Shown: piece after piece, positions 41,401 through 53,400 of the stretch
How the letters are laid out: each line of letters begins with the position of its first letter
How positions within the stretch are numbered: the stretch's first letter is position 1
Made by a program: the position numbers and the translations under genes
Notes under the pieces: model-generated
The model's database searches: none
Seen by the model: only the letters and a program-made list of their open reading frames with translations
What the model was told of the DNA's origin: nothing
From: Sminthopsis crassicaudata
Lineage: Eukaryota
DNA length: 64,000 bases
Direction of reading: 5' to 3'
Assembly: GCF_048593235.1 (NCBI RefSeq)
Contig: NC_133620.1
Coordinates: 354,111,261-354,175,260, forward strand

Positions 41401-44400
41401 CCAGGATTCCACAGATCATGCCTCTGGTTTGTTGTAGAGTCCAGGAATTCATTGAACAGCTGTGTGGCTTTCTTTGGGACTTTAATATTTTCTTTGTATA
41501 CCTCCATGGATCATCTTGCATACCTGGAGTACTCCACTTTGGAGGCAACTGCTACAGAATAGAAATAGGAGAATGCCATTTCCCAGTTTAAAAAAATGGT
41601 CAGGGGATATGAACAGTCCTCAGAAAAAAACAAGTTTGGAAACTGTTAGCCCTACAAAAGAATGTTCCAAATAATTTATAATAAGAGAAAAAGAAGTCAT
41701 AACAAGCTTGAAATTTCACCTCGTACCCCCAAAATGCAAGTTAAAAATATGACAGAAGATGGGAAGTCAACATTAGAGGGGTTACAGAAAAACAGGCACA
41801 TTCATGCATTATTGCTGGAGTTGTAAATTGTGTATATGTTTTGTTTTCAGTCTTGTCTGACTCTTCTTTTTGAATTTTCTTGGCAAAGATACTCTGAGTA
41901 GTTTTGCTGTTTCCTTCTCCAGCCCATTTTATAGGGGAGGAAACTGAGGCAAACAGGTTTAAGTGACTGTGACTGATTTATCATTATTTAAATTATTTGG
42001 AAAATAAGAAAAAAATTTTTAAATCTGAGTATTTTGTATCATGTACTTCTTCCCTCTCCCTTAGCAGTCTGGTAAATCCTATTGGGCCTCTTCTTCTTCT
42101 TCTTCTTCTTTTTTTTTATTAAAGCTTTTTATTTTCAAAACATATTCATGGATAATTTTTCAACATTGACCCTTACAAAACCTTGTGTTCCAAATTTTCC
42201 CTTTGCCCAACCCCTCCCCAGATGGCAAGTAATCCAATATATGTTAAACATGTTAAAATATATGTTAAATCCAATATATATGTATATATACATATTTATA
42301 CAATAATCTTGCTGCACAAGAAAAAAGGAAAAAAAAACAAAGAAAACAAAATGCTAGCAAAAACAACAGAGTGAGAATGCTATGTTGTAATCCACACTCA
42401 GTCCCCACAGTCCTCTCTTTGGGTGTAGATGGCTCTCTTTGCCACAAGATCATTGGAACTGGTCTGAATCATCTAGTTGGAAAAAGTCACATTTGTCAGA
42501 ATTGATCATTGTATAATCTTTTTGTTCCCATGTACAATGGAGTTGTTCCAAATCACTATTGATCAGAGAAATGCAAATTAAGATAACTCTGAGATACACT
42601 ACACATCTCTCCGATTGGCTAAGATGACAGAAAAAGATAACAACTAATGTTGGAGGGGATGTGGGAAAACTGGGACACTGATACATTGTTGATGGAACTG
42701 AATGGATCCAACCAATCTGGAGAGCAATCTGGAACTATGCTCCGAGAGTTATCAAACTGTGCATCCCCTTTGATCCAGCAGTGTTGCTACTAGGCTTAAA
42801 TCCCAAAGAGATCTTAAAGGAGGGAAAGGCACCTGTATGTGCCAAAATGTTTGTGGCAGCCCTCTTTGTAATGGCCAGAAACTGGAAACTGAGTAGAAGC
42901 CCATCAACTGGAGAATGAATAAGTTATGGTATGTGAATGTTATGTAATAATATTGTTCTGTAAGAAATGACCAGCAGGATGATTTCAGAAAGGCCTGGAG
43001 ACACTTCATGAACAGATGCTGAGTGAAATGAGCAGGACCAGGAGATCGTTGTATATTTCAACAACAATACTGTATGATGATCAATTCTGATGGACTTGGC
43101 CCTCTCCAACAATGAAATGAAACAAATTAGTTCCACTTATTCATTGATGAAGAGAGCCATCTACACCCAGAGAGGGAACTTTGGGAACAGAGTGTGGACC
43201 ACAACATAGCATTCTCACTCTTTTTCTTGTTGTTTGCTTGCATTTCGTTTTGCTTCATTTTTTCTCTCGGTGGCAAGAAATAGTGGATATATATTGCATA
43301 TATTGGATTTCTATCATGTTTAATATATATTGGACTACTTGCCATCTAGCGGATGGCGTGGGGGAAGGGAGGGGGAAATTGGAACACAAGGTTTTGGCTA
43401 ATGTTGAAGAATTGCCCACTCGTGTGTTTTGAAAACTAAAAGGCTTTATTAAAAAATAGAAAAAAAAAGGGGGACTATTTGAATTGATGAGATCCATTTG
43501 AAGCCCCAGAGGGATCTCGAAGAAGGGGGGTCTCAGCTGAATGGGATGTCCCCACCTGCCGAGTGTGAGCTGACTCCCTTTGATCGGTACCTTCTCCCCA
43601 TCTTCAGGTCCCCTTCCCAGTGCCTCAGGCGGTCCTGGTGTTCCGAGGACGCAAAAAGGAGAACAAGGAAGTGCCCGACGTCCTGATTTCCCACCTGCGG
43701 ATCCATTACCCGCTGCCTGGGAGCTCAGCCTTGGTCAGCTTCGAGGACGCCGGAGGTAGCAGAGGAACGCGGGAGAAGGGCTGGGCGGGTGAGGGGAGCC
43801 CAGGCTGACCCTCCTTGTCCGTCCCCCAGTGGCGACCGGCCTGCTGCGGCAGCGGGAGCACAGCATCCTCCTGGAGAAGTGCCGGCTCCCCGTCCGCCTC
43901 CAGCCCGTAGAGCTGCCCGTCCCCACGGCCATCAAGGTTCTAAGGGCTCGGGTGGGCGGGATCTCGGTCGCGGCGGGAACGGCGGTGCCATTCTCCACCG
44001 TCCCCTCCCCAGGTTCTGACCTGGCTGTGCAGGCGGAAGATCCTCGTCCTGGGGCTGCCCCCAGCGCTCCAGCTGGGTGAAGAGCAGCTGCTGGACAAGC
44101 TGGAGCTCTTCTTCAGCAAGCCCTCCAACGGCGGGGGGGAGGTGCAGACGCGGGAGCTGCTGCCCGGGGCGGCCGTTCTGAGCTTTGCCGATGACCGAGG
44201 TGACCGGGATCGTCGGGGCTTGCGGAGTAACCCAGGGAGACGGGGGTCGCGGGCATCTCGGGGCTAAGGAGCCTTCTTCCCTTTGTTTCTCCTCGCCAGT
44301 GGCTCAGCGCCTGACTAGCATATGCCACTTCTTTGTGCCGCTGGGCCCTCACTCGGTTCCCTTAAGAGTCTTTCCTTATGTCAATGGGAAGATCCAGGAG

Positions 44401-44743
44401 ATAGAGGTAAGGGGGAGGAGGGGATGAACAGGAGCATGTCACACCGTTGCAGGGCGGACTAGGCCTCTCCCCTGAGGACCCCTAACCCTGCGTTAGTACT
44501 GAGGATCCCAGTCACCCCACCCCACTCTCCATGTCTGCATCCCTCTTCCAGATAAACTGTTGCCCAGCCCCCCACTCAGTGCTGGTGCACAACATCCCAG
44601 ACATCCTCGATGGCGAAGAACTGCTAGATGTCCTCGAAATCCATTTCCAGAAGCCAAGCCAAGGGGGAGGTGAAGTGGAAGCCTTGGTCTGCGTGGCCCC
44701 GGGGACACAGAAGTTGGCTCTTTTCACCCCCGAGTCTGGTTAG
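32421..44743 (+). CDS. IFI35: Interferon-induced 35 kDa protein (leucine zipper plus two NID domains), about 284 aa
   Basis: Exons 32421-32441, 34184-34276, 43608-43755, 43830-43936, 44013-44199, 44300-44406, 44552-44743 (855 nt, in phase). Motifs [72 protein letters not shown]...FTPESG*. Exon 1 is assigned from its 21-nt ATG...AAG|gtaagt structure; the exon 4 donor could alternatively be at 43951. Confidence 0.92.
32825..33470 (-). mobile_element. Old L1 3' end in IFI35 intron 1
   Basis: T-run followed by L1-type 3' UTR and cactccctaatcaatgggcat ORF2-end motifs. Confidence 0.6.
35190..35307 (-). mobile_element. WSINE1-type SINE, internally deleted
   Basis: cagggtcacacagctaagaagtgttaaatg...ctatccactgtgccatctagctgcccc. 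Confidence 0.75.
35480..40620 (-). mobile_element. Near-full-length but decayed and internally deleted L1, antisense in IFI35 intron 2
   Basis: ORF1p remnant 39206-39565 ([18 protein letters not shown]...IEIKRIH...TPRNIITKF), RT remnant 38075-38344 ([24 protein letters not shown]...WFNIRK), C-terminal remnants 36033-36633, and GC-richer 5' region at about 39900-40620; many stops and frameshifts. Confidence 0.88.
37267..37400 (+). mobile_element. WSINE1-type SINE nested inside the L1
   Basis: Canonical ggggcagctaggtgg head; degenerate TSD aaat(a/c)gttttttg. Confidence 0.88.
40630..41400 (-). mobile_element. Old L1 ORF2-end plus 3' UTR fragment
   Basis: Minus-strand [17 protein letters not shown] resembles the L1 ORF2p Cys-rich end; L1-type 3' UTR follows. 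Confidence 0.55.
42095..42538 (-). mobile_element. 5'-truncated L1 3' UTR
   Basis: T-run followed by attaaagctttttattttcaaaacatattcatggataatttttcaacattgaccc. Confidence 0.88.
42540..43465 (+). mobile_element. 5'-truncated L1 (ORF2 end plus 3' UTR and A tail)
   Basis: gatcagagaaatgcaaattaagataactctgagatac...tgttggaggggatgtgggaaaactggg..., the same 3' UTR type as 42095-42538 but in the opposite orientation. Confidence 0.9.
43550..44450. other. Intragenic CpG-rich island over IFI35 exons 3-6
   Basis: Abrupt rise in GC and CpG density compared with the AT-rich IFI35 exons 1-2 and intron 2. Confidence 0.6.
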
Positions 44744-44838
44744 CTCCTCCTGGGCCGCTGCTTCTCACAATCCCCATTTTGTACCTCCTTTAAGGGGAAG
44801 GGGCCTCATTCCCTCTTCAGCCTTTTGCCCCTTCAGAA

Positions 44839-44844
44839 ATTAAA
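44839..44844 (+). terminator. Candidate IFI35 poly(A) signal
   Basis: ATTAAA 95 nt after the stop codon, with U-rich downstream sequence. Confidence 0.55.
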
Positions 44845-45112
44845 CCTTTATTGGCATCGTTTTCATCCATTTCACTCTAACAAGTAGGGAGGAGAGGGGG
44901 AAAGGGAGCCCCAATCTTTTGCCTCTTTGCATCTCTGGAGCTTTGGGCCTGGCAGCCGGAGGGAGGCCTTAATAAATGCTTCTGATGTGTAAGGAGGAGA
45001 GAAGGCCAAGAACCCCTGGGGCTTTCTCCAGCTTTCTCTTCAAGTCCCATCCTCATTCCCACTCCCCAATACACAAAGAAAACCCAGTGGAGACGAGCTA
45101 TAGGGACAGCGC

Positions 45113-45118
45113 TTTATT
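45113..45118 (-). terminator. Candidate VAT1 poly(A) signal
   Basis: AATAAA on the minus strand with a downstream U/GU-rich element (ggttttctttgtgtatt). Confidence 0.55.
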
Positions 45119-46825
45119 GACACAAAGGCAGCTTCGGCAGTGGGTGGATGGGGAAGACACACACACAAGCAGAAGGTCACATTTCACGTTAGGCCTTGCT
45201 TAGAAAAAGGAGGGAAGGATATGATAAGCCCACCCCCTTCCCCACACTGGTCGTTTGGCAGTGGCCAGGGTAGTGATCTACCTGTCCCTTATCCCTCCCT
45301 CCTCCATTTAGAGAAGAGGGGCTGACAAGGGTCACCTTCAGAATCCTGACATTTGGCTCCAGCTCAGGGACCCAAAGGCAGATGTCCAAATCTGCCTACT
45401 GTTCTCTTCCCTCCCCCCACCCCCAACCAATCCCAAATGTAAACAAGAAATCCAGGGCTATGTTTAAGAAACTTGCCTCCCAATTTGAGAAGGGAAAAAA
45501 TTGGTTGGGGCCTTAACAGGACTCAAGCTGGAATGTGCTTCAGATTTTATTTTGGTCCCAGACTTTGGAAATGGACACAATTGTTTCCAAGAGCCAGGCT
45601 GGTAAATTCCACAGTTATCTGCAAGGCTGAAAAAAAAAAATTCTCCCCAACCAGAGACCGATAAGTTAGATTGGAAAAAGGGTGGGGGAGTTTCTCACAA
45701 GCCCCAGAGACTACAGGCTGTCTGGATCCCCACCCCCTCAGACACACAGATTTTTTTTTTTTTGGCAGCGCAGTGGGACTGGAAACCCCAGCTCCATCAG
45801 AACAAGGCACTGGGGAGTGTTGGGGTAAGAGAACCTGGAGTGGGTGGGTAGGAAATGATAGTACTCCCCATGAACACAAGAACCTTTTCAGATGCTAAGG
45901 CACTGAGAACAGATCTAAGGAACTCAGTGGAAGAGAGGAAGTCAGGGGGACTCCTGCCTCAGAATATGGGGAGGGGCTGGTCCCTTCCCTAGGGTGTAAG
46001 ACACAAACTAGATTAAACCTGTGGAAGAGCCCTGTGTAAGGAAAGGTCCAGTTGTGCTTTTAAAGTCAGGAATAAGGAGGAGGGAAATGTTGACTGGACT
46101 TAGCCACTTACTATTAATTGCTTACATTTACAGAGGGTGTCCCAGAAATCCCAGTGCCATTTTAGAAAGCTTAAAATGGCACTAAGATTTTTAGGACACC
46201 CTGTATATTATTTTAAAGAGTGGTCAGCTCTGGGGCTGTTCAGAGTTAGTGGGAATAGGGAGTGCACCTGAGATGGGATATGTGCTAGACTCAAAAGGAT
46301 GGCTCCCTCACCCCCACCCTGAGCTGGCATTTCAGTTTCTTTGGGGGAAGTAAGGGGGTAGGATTGGGGAAGAACAAGCAGAGACCAATTCATACACAAC
46401 AGGGCAGGGAGAGTGGGAGAGGAGAAGAGGTTAAACTTGGCACAAGAAGGGCAGAAAGCCCAGGAGAACAAGAAAGGGTGGGGTGGGAAGAAGCAGCTGG
46501 GCCTCTGGGCGGTCCCCGCCCACTCAGCAGGGCCCATACATCCAAGTGGTCACTTCCTAACCTTCTGAGGGAAGTGGAAGGGAGGGGAGGCAGCCCTGAC
46601 CAAGAGAAAAGAAACAGGTTTGGAGAGAGGTCATCACACCACGAAGACCATCTCTGACCCTTGGGAGGGCAGTGTATTTGGGAGAGCTGGAGAAAGAAGG
46701 CAGAGACATCAGTAGTAACCCAAAAGAATATGACTTCCTGACCTCTCCATTCTAGACCCCCCCAAATTCTTAACCCTTGTCCTCTCTGCTCCCCCCAGCC
46801 TTTCTCCCCTGCTATCACCCTCCCC

Positions 46826-49800
46826 CTAGTTCTTCTTCTCTGAGTTGGGCACCAAGATGACTTTGCCCACATTCTTCTTCTCTTGGATTTGCTTCATGGC
46901 GTCAGCCACCTGTGGGGGAAACAGGAAACAAACAAAACATTGAGGCTTTTCTCAAACCCTGGGTTCCTTTCCCTCTACCCCCATTCAGGGAGTAATCTAA
47001 GAATAAGGTATTCCTAAGGCTCAGAGGACTAGGAGTGGAAAGAGACCATGCAGAGAGCATCAGAGCCAGGCTCAGAACACATTTCCATGCCTTCTCAGCT
47101 ACCCTCACCGTTATGGGTACAAGAGCTGTAGAGAAGGCACTGTACAGTGGCCTTGGAGAAACAAAGTGGGGAAACAAGCATTTGTAGAGCACCCACTGGC
47201 ACTGAGCTAAGCACTTTTACAAAGATCACTTCACTGGACCTTTACAACAATCTTGAGAGTTGATGCTATTATCCCAATTTTACAGCTAGGAAAATGAAGA
47301 TTAAGTGATAGAGCTAGTAAGTGTCTGAGGCTACATTTGAATTCAGGTCTTCCTGACTCCAGGTCCAGCCCTCTGGCTACCTTGATGTCAGGTAAGTCTT
47401 TGCCACCTGCCCCCTAAGTAAACACAGGCAACTCTTTCCAAGTCTCACTGCCCTCTTTAAGTAAAATAATTTCTATGGCACCTCGTATTTGAATGTCAGC
47501 TTCATAAAGCAGGCCCTTGGGCCAGTCCCTAGCTCACCTTCTCAAAGGGCCAGACTGAGTCAATATGAGGCTTGATGTGGCCCTCACTGTAAAGGGTCAT
47601 CAGCTGCAACACCACCCTGCTGACCAGCTCCACCTCATTCTCCAGGTAGTTGAGGTTGAAGCCACAGATGCCCCGATTGGCCTGCAGCAGCTGCAAGGCA
47701 GACACGCTGAACTGATTCCACCAGGTCTTTGCCAATGCCATCAGGTTCCGTTTGGGGCCGGTCAGCAAGTTGGCCACCCCTGCAGAAAAACGGGACACAT
47801 TCGTCAAAAACCAGCCACATCTGCTGCTGGTGGAAGAAGGGTTCCAAGGCCCACTGGAGCCTTTTCTCAAACAATCTCCAGCAGGGCAAGAAGCAGCAAC
47901 TAGGGAATTCACACCAGCACCTGATCCTGCCTTTTCCCCGGCTGGTTTTAGAATATGCCACTTGCTCTGATTTTTTCAATCTGTGTGACTCAGATTTTTT
48001 TTTTTAAACATAGAACCCTGTGAACACACAAAACATACACATCCATGTATACACATGACACACAAATGTACTATGTATTAGATACGTTGAAAATGAAAAT
48101 CTGGTGCGCCTACATAGTACAGATTTAATACAAATTGTATATTAAACATGCACATTCTTTAGAGGCAGAAGCAGGGCACAGTGTGTAAAGAGTAGGCCTC
48201 AGCCTTAAGGAATTAGGAAGACTTGTACAACTCCATAAAGTCCATCAGAGTCAGGGTATAACCACCCGAGTTGGAAAGCAGGAGTTGATTTGCATTGATA
48301 GGAATGCCCTCATTGGGCATTCTTTATCATTAATAAAACTACAAATCTACTCAAGTAAAAAATTAAATTATGTACATGCAATTATGTGTACATATATATA
48401 TGTACATACTACATATATATTTTGTATATGCACACACACGCACACATACACATATATATGTATATAGCTAAAGTGTTAATCAAGAATTGAAGCGTTTTTG
48501 TTGAAGGAGAGGGACTAGTTTCAGTCTTTGTATAACAACTCCTTTTTGGGGTTTTCCTAGGAAAGACAATGTAGTGATTTGTCATTGCCTCAGTTTTCTC
48601 ATATGTAAAATGAACAAACAAGGTTAAGTGACTCACAGATGAGGAACTGAAGCAAAGTTAAGTGACTTGCTTGGGCTTGTACAGACAATATCTGAGGTCA
48701 AATTTGAAACCAGCTCCTCCTGACTCCAGGTCCAGAGCTCTATTTACTTTGCCATCTGAAGGAAACCTACTGGTTTCTTAAGGCACTCAGATTATTTCCC
48801 GATATCTGTTGATGTGTTTGTGTCTACTTTGACACAGTTGTGTCACTGTATCAGAGTTGATAAGGACCATACAGGTCCGACCCACATCTGAACAGGAATC
48901 CTCTCCTACAACATTCCTCACAAGTACTCATCCAGCTTTTATCTGAAGACCTCTAGGAAGGTCTTTTAGCCAAAGTGATTAAAATCTTGGGGATTTTCAA
49001 CATTAAGCATGCTATATCTTGTCTCTGGACCTGACTGCTACATTAGCAGAGGGTTTCTGATAACTGTCTAAGCTGGAAAAACAGCAAACCCAGGCCCATC
49101 TTTGTTGCACTTGGGTTTTTGAACAGCAGACAAGCCTATGGCCAGGCCCAGGGCTGCCTCCTTTCTAGCTCCACAGGACTTTGAGGCCTAGGCTCTCCAG
49201 GCACTGCCAGAACTTTAGCACTGTCAACATGTGGGCAGAGTCCACACACCTATCACTTTACAGCCAGCCAGCGTCCCACTATGATAGCATACTAGTTTAG
49301 ACAACTTAGAACTGCAGTCCAGTTGTCTGTAATTTCCCCCCCATTATACCCAGCGCTGTTAAAAATGCCTTTGCACAGCTTCCATCTCTCTTTTCCCATT
49401 TTCCTTTTGTGTTATTTTCTTGTGGAATGGTCATTCAAGTGGAATCGGTAAGCTGGTCAAAGGGTGAGATTTTTATAACTCCTTGTTACACATTTCCAGA
49501 CTCATCTTCAAAAGGAGGAAGCAATATATCATTCAGGGAATAACATTAAAATGAGGTTTGTACTTCTTGGGCAGTGAGAGTAGTAATATTCAGGGCAAGT
49601 TGGAAGATAAAGGAGAAGGAAATGAACATTTAATAAGTGTCTGCTAAGTCCCAGGCACTTTACAAATATCTCATTCGATTCTGAACAAAGTTTGGTTTTA
49701 TGTTTTCTTTTTTTTTAAATGTCTCAAAAGCCCCTTGCCCCAGCTGTAACTTTCCCTAAATCCTTTCAGTGGGAATACAGCATGCTGGAGAGAGTGCTGG

Positions 49801-50376
49801 ACAGGAAGTCAGAAAGGTCTAACCTCATCTCAGGACACTTATCAGACCTGTGATCATAGGCAACATTCAGCCCATTTCTTCACCTATAAAATGAAATGAC
49901 TAGATTTGATGCCTCTAAGGTCCCTTCCATCTCCAAATCTATGACCTTATGGATGAGAGAGAAAGGGCCAACCTCCCTTTCTTTAGAGATTTGGGAACAT
50001 CCTCCCCAACTCACTTCATCTGCAGACCACTTGACTGTTTTCTCCTGAACTCATTTATTAAAAATCAAACTTTAAAATAAATCTGTAAAAATGTTCCCTA
50101 GTTATCCATAAACAGGAGGATGCAATGCCAAGTAGATTGACAAGCATTTTCACCTAGTATTTGCCTGTTCTCAACTTGACCCCTCTCCCTCAGTGTCTCC
50201 TCCCATCCCCCCAAAAGAAACTCACCGTAGGTGACAACTTTACCCATTGGTTTCAGAAGGTTGTAAGCTTTGTAGGTATCTGCTCCACCCAGTGGATCCA
50301 GGACAATGTCCACCCCTGTAGAGAGGATCATAGAAAGTCAGCAGGGATGGAGCTGGGCAAAGGGAGCCCCCTCCTA

Positions 50377-50409
<33 letters not shown>

Positions 50410-53400
50410 TACACACACACACTCACACACATTCACACTTACCTTTGGGGGAGATCTTTTTGACTTCATCCACGTAGTTGGACGTGTGGTAGTCAATGGG
50501 GTGGCTGACTCCCTTCTCCTTTAGCACGTCATGCTTGCTGGCTGAAGCGGTCCCAAACACGGTCACGTTCTCCACTGTCTGGCACAGCTGGATGGCTGCC
50601 ATCCCTACTCCTCCTACAGACGGGGACAGTCACAAAAACAACATCTAGGAGGCCAAGTCTTCTGGCAGGCCCTCACGCACCTCACCTCCCAGCCCACTTC
50701 CACATTCACATTCCATGCCCAGATTTCCATAGGAAAGGGGCAGGGGCAAGTTGCTATGGAAACCACACCGCCAAACCCAACCTGGAGCCTGGATGTTGCC
50801 AAGGCAACACTACTGCTGAGGCCTCTGGGAGGTTCCTGGGCAGTCCAGGCCAAGGTCTGCCTGGTGTTGCCATGACAACAGCCAGCTTGGTGACTGGAGG
50901 GGGAGGCAAGGTGGGGGAGGGGACCAGCAGACAGAGGAGGAGAGTCTGGCATTACCTGCCGCCATGTGCACCAGGACACTGTGGCCAGGCCGAAGATTGC
51001 CACAGTCGAAAAGGACCATGTACGCGGTGATGTAATTGACTGGCAAGGCAGCTGCCTCCTCAAAGGACATGGCTTCTGGCATGGGGAATGTCTGCACTGC
51101 TGGCACGGTCACCTCTTCCTGCCACATCCCAGACCGCACCAGCACCATCACCCGGTCCCCTACCTTGGGGGGCGGGAAGAGAAAAAGACTTTTCATTCCA
51201 CAAAGAAAATTACAGAGTCTGGGAGGAGTATGACTCAAATCACCTGGTCCACGGGGTCTTCAGCTTGCTTGTATCTAACAGTCCTGTGGGCCCCTTCTCA
51301 AGAAAGAAAAGTGTTTTTTTTTAATGTATAAAATACAAAGGACTATAAAGGAAATAGATTTTACTGAAATTCAGTTATAGGTATAATCTTAAAACAAGTC
51401 AATGGACCCTAGGTTAAGATCATTTTATGCAGAAACAAACTTAGGCCCAGAAATGAAAAGCATTTACCTAAAATCACACCCAGCTAAAGTGGAGGAGGCA
51501 GGACTCAAGTCCAGCTTTCTAATCCCCAAGTTGTGTTCTCTTATTTAACTATTGTCCAAGGCTGCTCTGCACTGCCGGGGGAGGAGGCAGAACACAGATG
51601 AATAAAACCATCCCTCCTCTTATGCTTACAGTCGAGTGAGGGAACAGAACACGGAGAAGAATAAACTCTAGTACTGTGCTATGGCAATTCAAAGAAGGCA
51701 GAGGGTGAAGATGGGGGTGGGAGCCAGACTGGATCCTGACGGATAGGGTAGAATACAAGGTATTCTGAAAGTTTTAGCACGTTTAGTTCAAATGGCGTTA
51801 AACCACATTAAGACTTCTGGAACATTCTATATACACAGAGAAGTTATTGGGGATTCAGAGAGATTTGTTATATTTTATATCTATCCCTTCATTCCAAGAT
51901 GGAGAAACACTCCCCTTCTACCCCTAAACACTCCCAGAGCACAGTGCACACAATGCCTAGAGTAAAAGCAGAACAGACTATTATTTGGTCTTCTCCAGCT
52001 TGACAGCATTTTTTAGGAGGGGGGTCTTCTCTGGAATGGGGGTGGAAGGTTTATTCTTCCTCCATAGGGAACATAGAGATGTGGGTGGGGGTGAGATCCT
52101 CGGACAATCAGGGTCTGTCTCAGCCCTTGCCAAGAATGATGAGACTCCTGCATGATAATGAGAAGCAGCCAGTTAGTGGGGAAGGGGGAGGGGGCTAGAA
52201 CTCCCATACTTATCTAACCCCCATTCCACCAAAAAGCCTACTATCCCCAAGGCTTACATTCTCTACGTAGCAGGGACTCTAGAGCACAAAAACTCTGAAA
52301 CATACATATCCCTTTCTCAGCCTGCTCCCTACAGCACAGAATGAGAGACTTGGACTGGTCAAGGCAAATAAACAGGAGGAAAATTCTCTTCCAGCTTCTG
52401 TTTAAAGGCTAGGAAATGGAGTAGGATGAGGGTGGGGGCAAAAATATTCTCTGATTTAATAGGATCATAGATTTAGACTGGGAAGGGATCTTAGGGGCCA
52501 ACTTCTTATTTTATAGACAAAAAACTGATTCCTAATTAACTTGCCTTCCCTCACACAGCTGTATCTGAAGCAGAATTTGAACTTGGTTCTTTTGGACTCC
52601 GCAGATCTCCTTTGCCCACTTCCAATACACCATTTATTTATAGGCCCTTTCTGTACAGGGCCCTGGATGTACCCTGTGTGATGTTTCCAATGGCTCATAT
52701 CCCTTGATCTCAGGGATGAGGTCAATTCAAAGCTTAATTCTAGACCCTCACTTCGGATTCTTCCTCCGGACAGGATATCCGTCGGAAGCCCTGTGTATAT
52801 TGGCTGGGGAGGATACCAAGAATGGCCTTCCACAGTTTACAAGAACAGACGGTTCACCACCTCCAAATCCCATGAGAATCCTCCCCCATCTCTTAAGGTC
52901 AGCCTCCCAATTAAAAGGCTGGAAGGATCCGATACTGAGACGAGCTAAAAGGAAACGACTGAATTTTAACGGAGTTTGAGCTACACGTTTATCAGCAGCT
53001 TCCCCCTCGTGCCTTTGGGGACTGTTATTGTAGGGCCTGGAGTGGATAAAGGTCTCTTTATAAAATAAAGATCTCTTGATTATCTATCCCTTTGCGCTCG
53101 TCTCTCTAAAACTTTTATTTTATTTTCCTGAATGAAATCAAGGGCTGTGCTGAGGTGAATGATAAATTCAAATAGGATGCTGCGACTGGTGGAGTAGGGA
53201 CAACCTGCTCCTTACTGCGTAACAACCCCACCCTCGAGCTCTCGGAACAGCCGAGCCAGGGTCCCAGTGGGGGGCTGCTTTGTCTGGAGAGGGTGCTCCC
53301 AGCTTTCTGGCCCGGCCTAGCCAGCAGCAGCAGCAGACTAAGCCAGGCCGGTTGTGTGAGTCACGGGGAGGAGAGAGAGCAGGACGGTCACAGAAGGAGC

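Noticed and set aside
41050-41830. Twin-primed L1 inversion
   Set aside because: The two opposed fragments cover the same ORF2-end region and are highly diverged, which fits independent old insertions better.
52751-52788. Imperfect palindrome around ggatatcc in VAT1 intron 1
   Set aside because: Short, bulged stem within chance expectation; no RNA-gene features.
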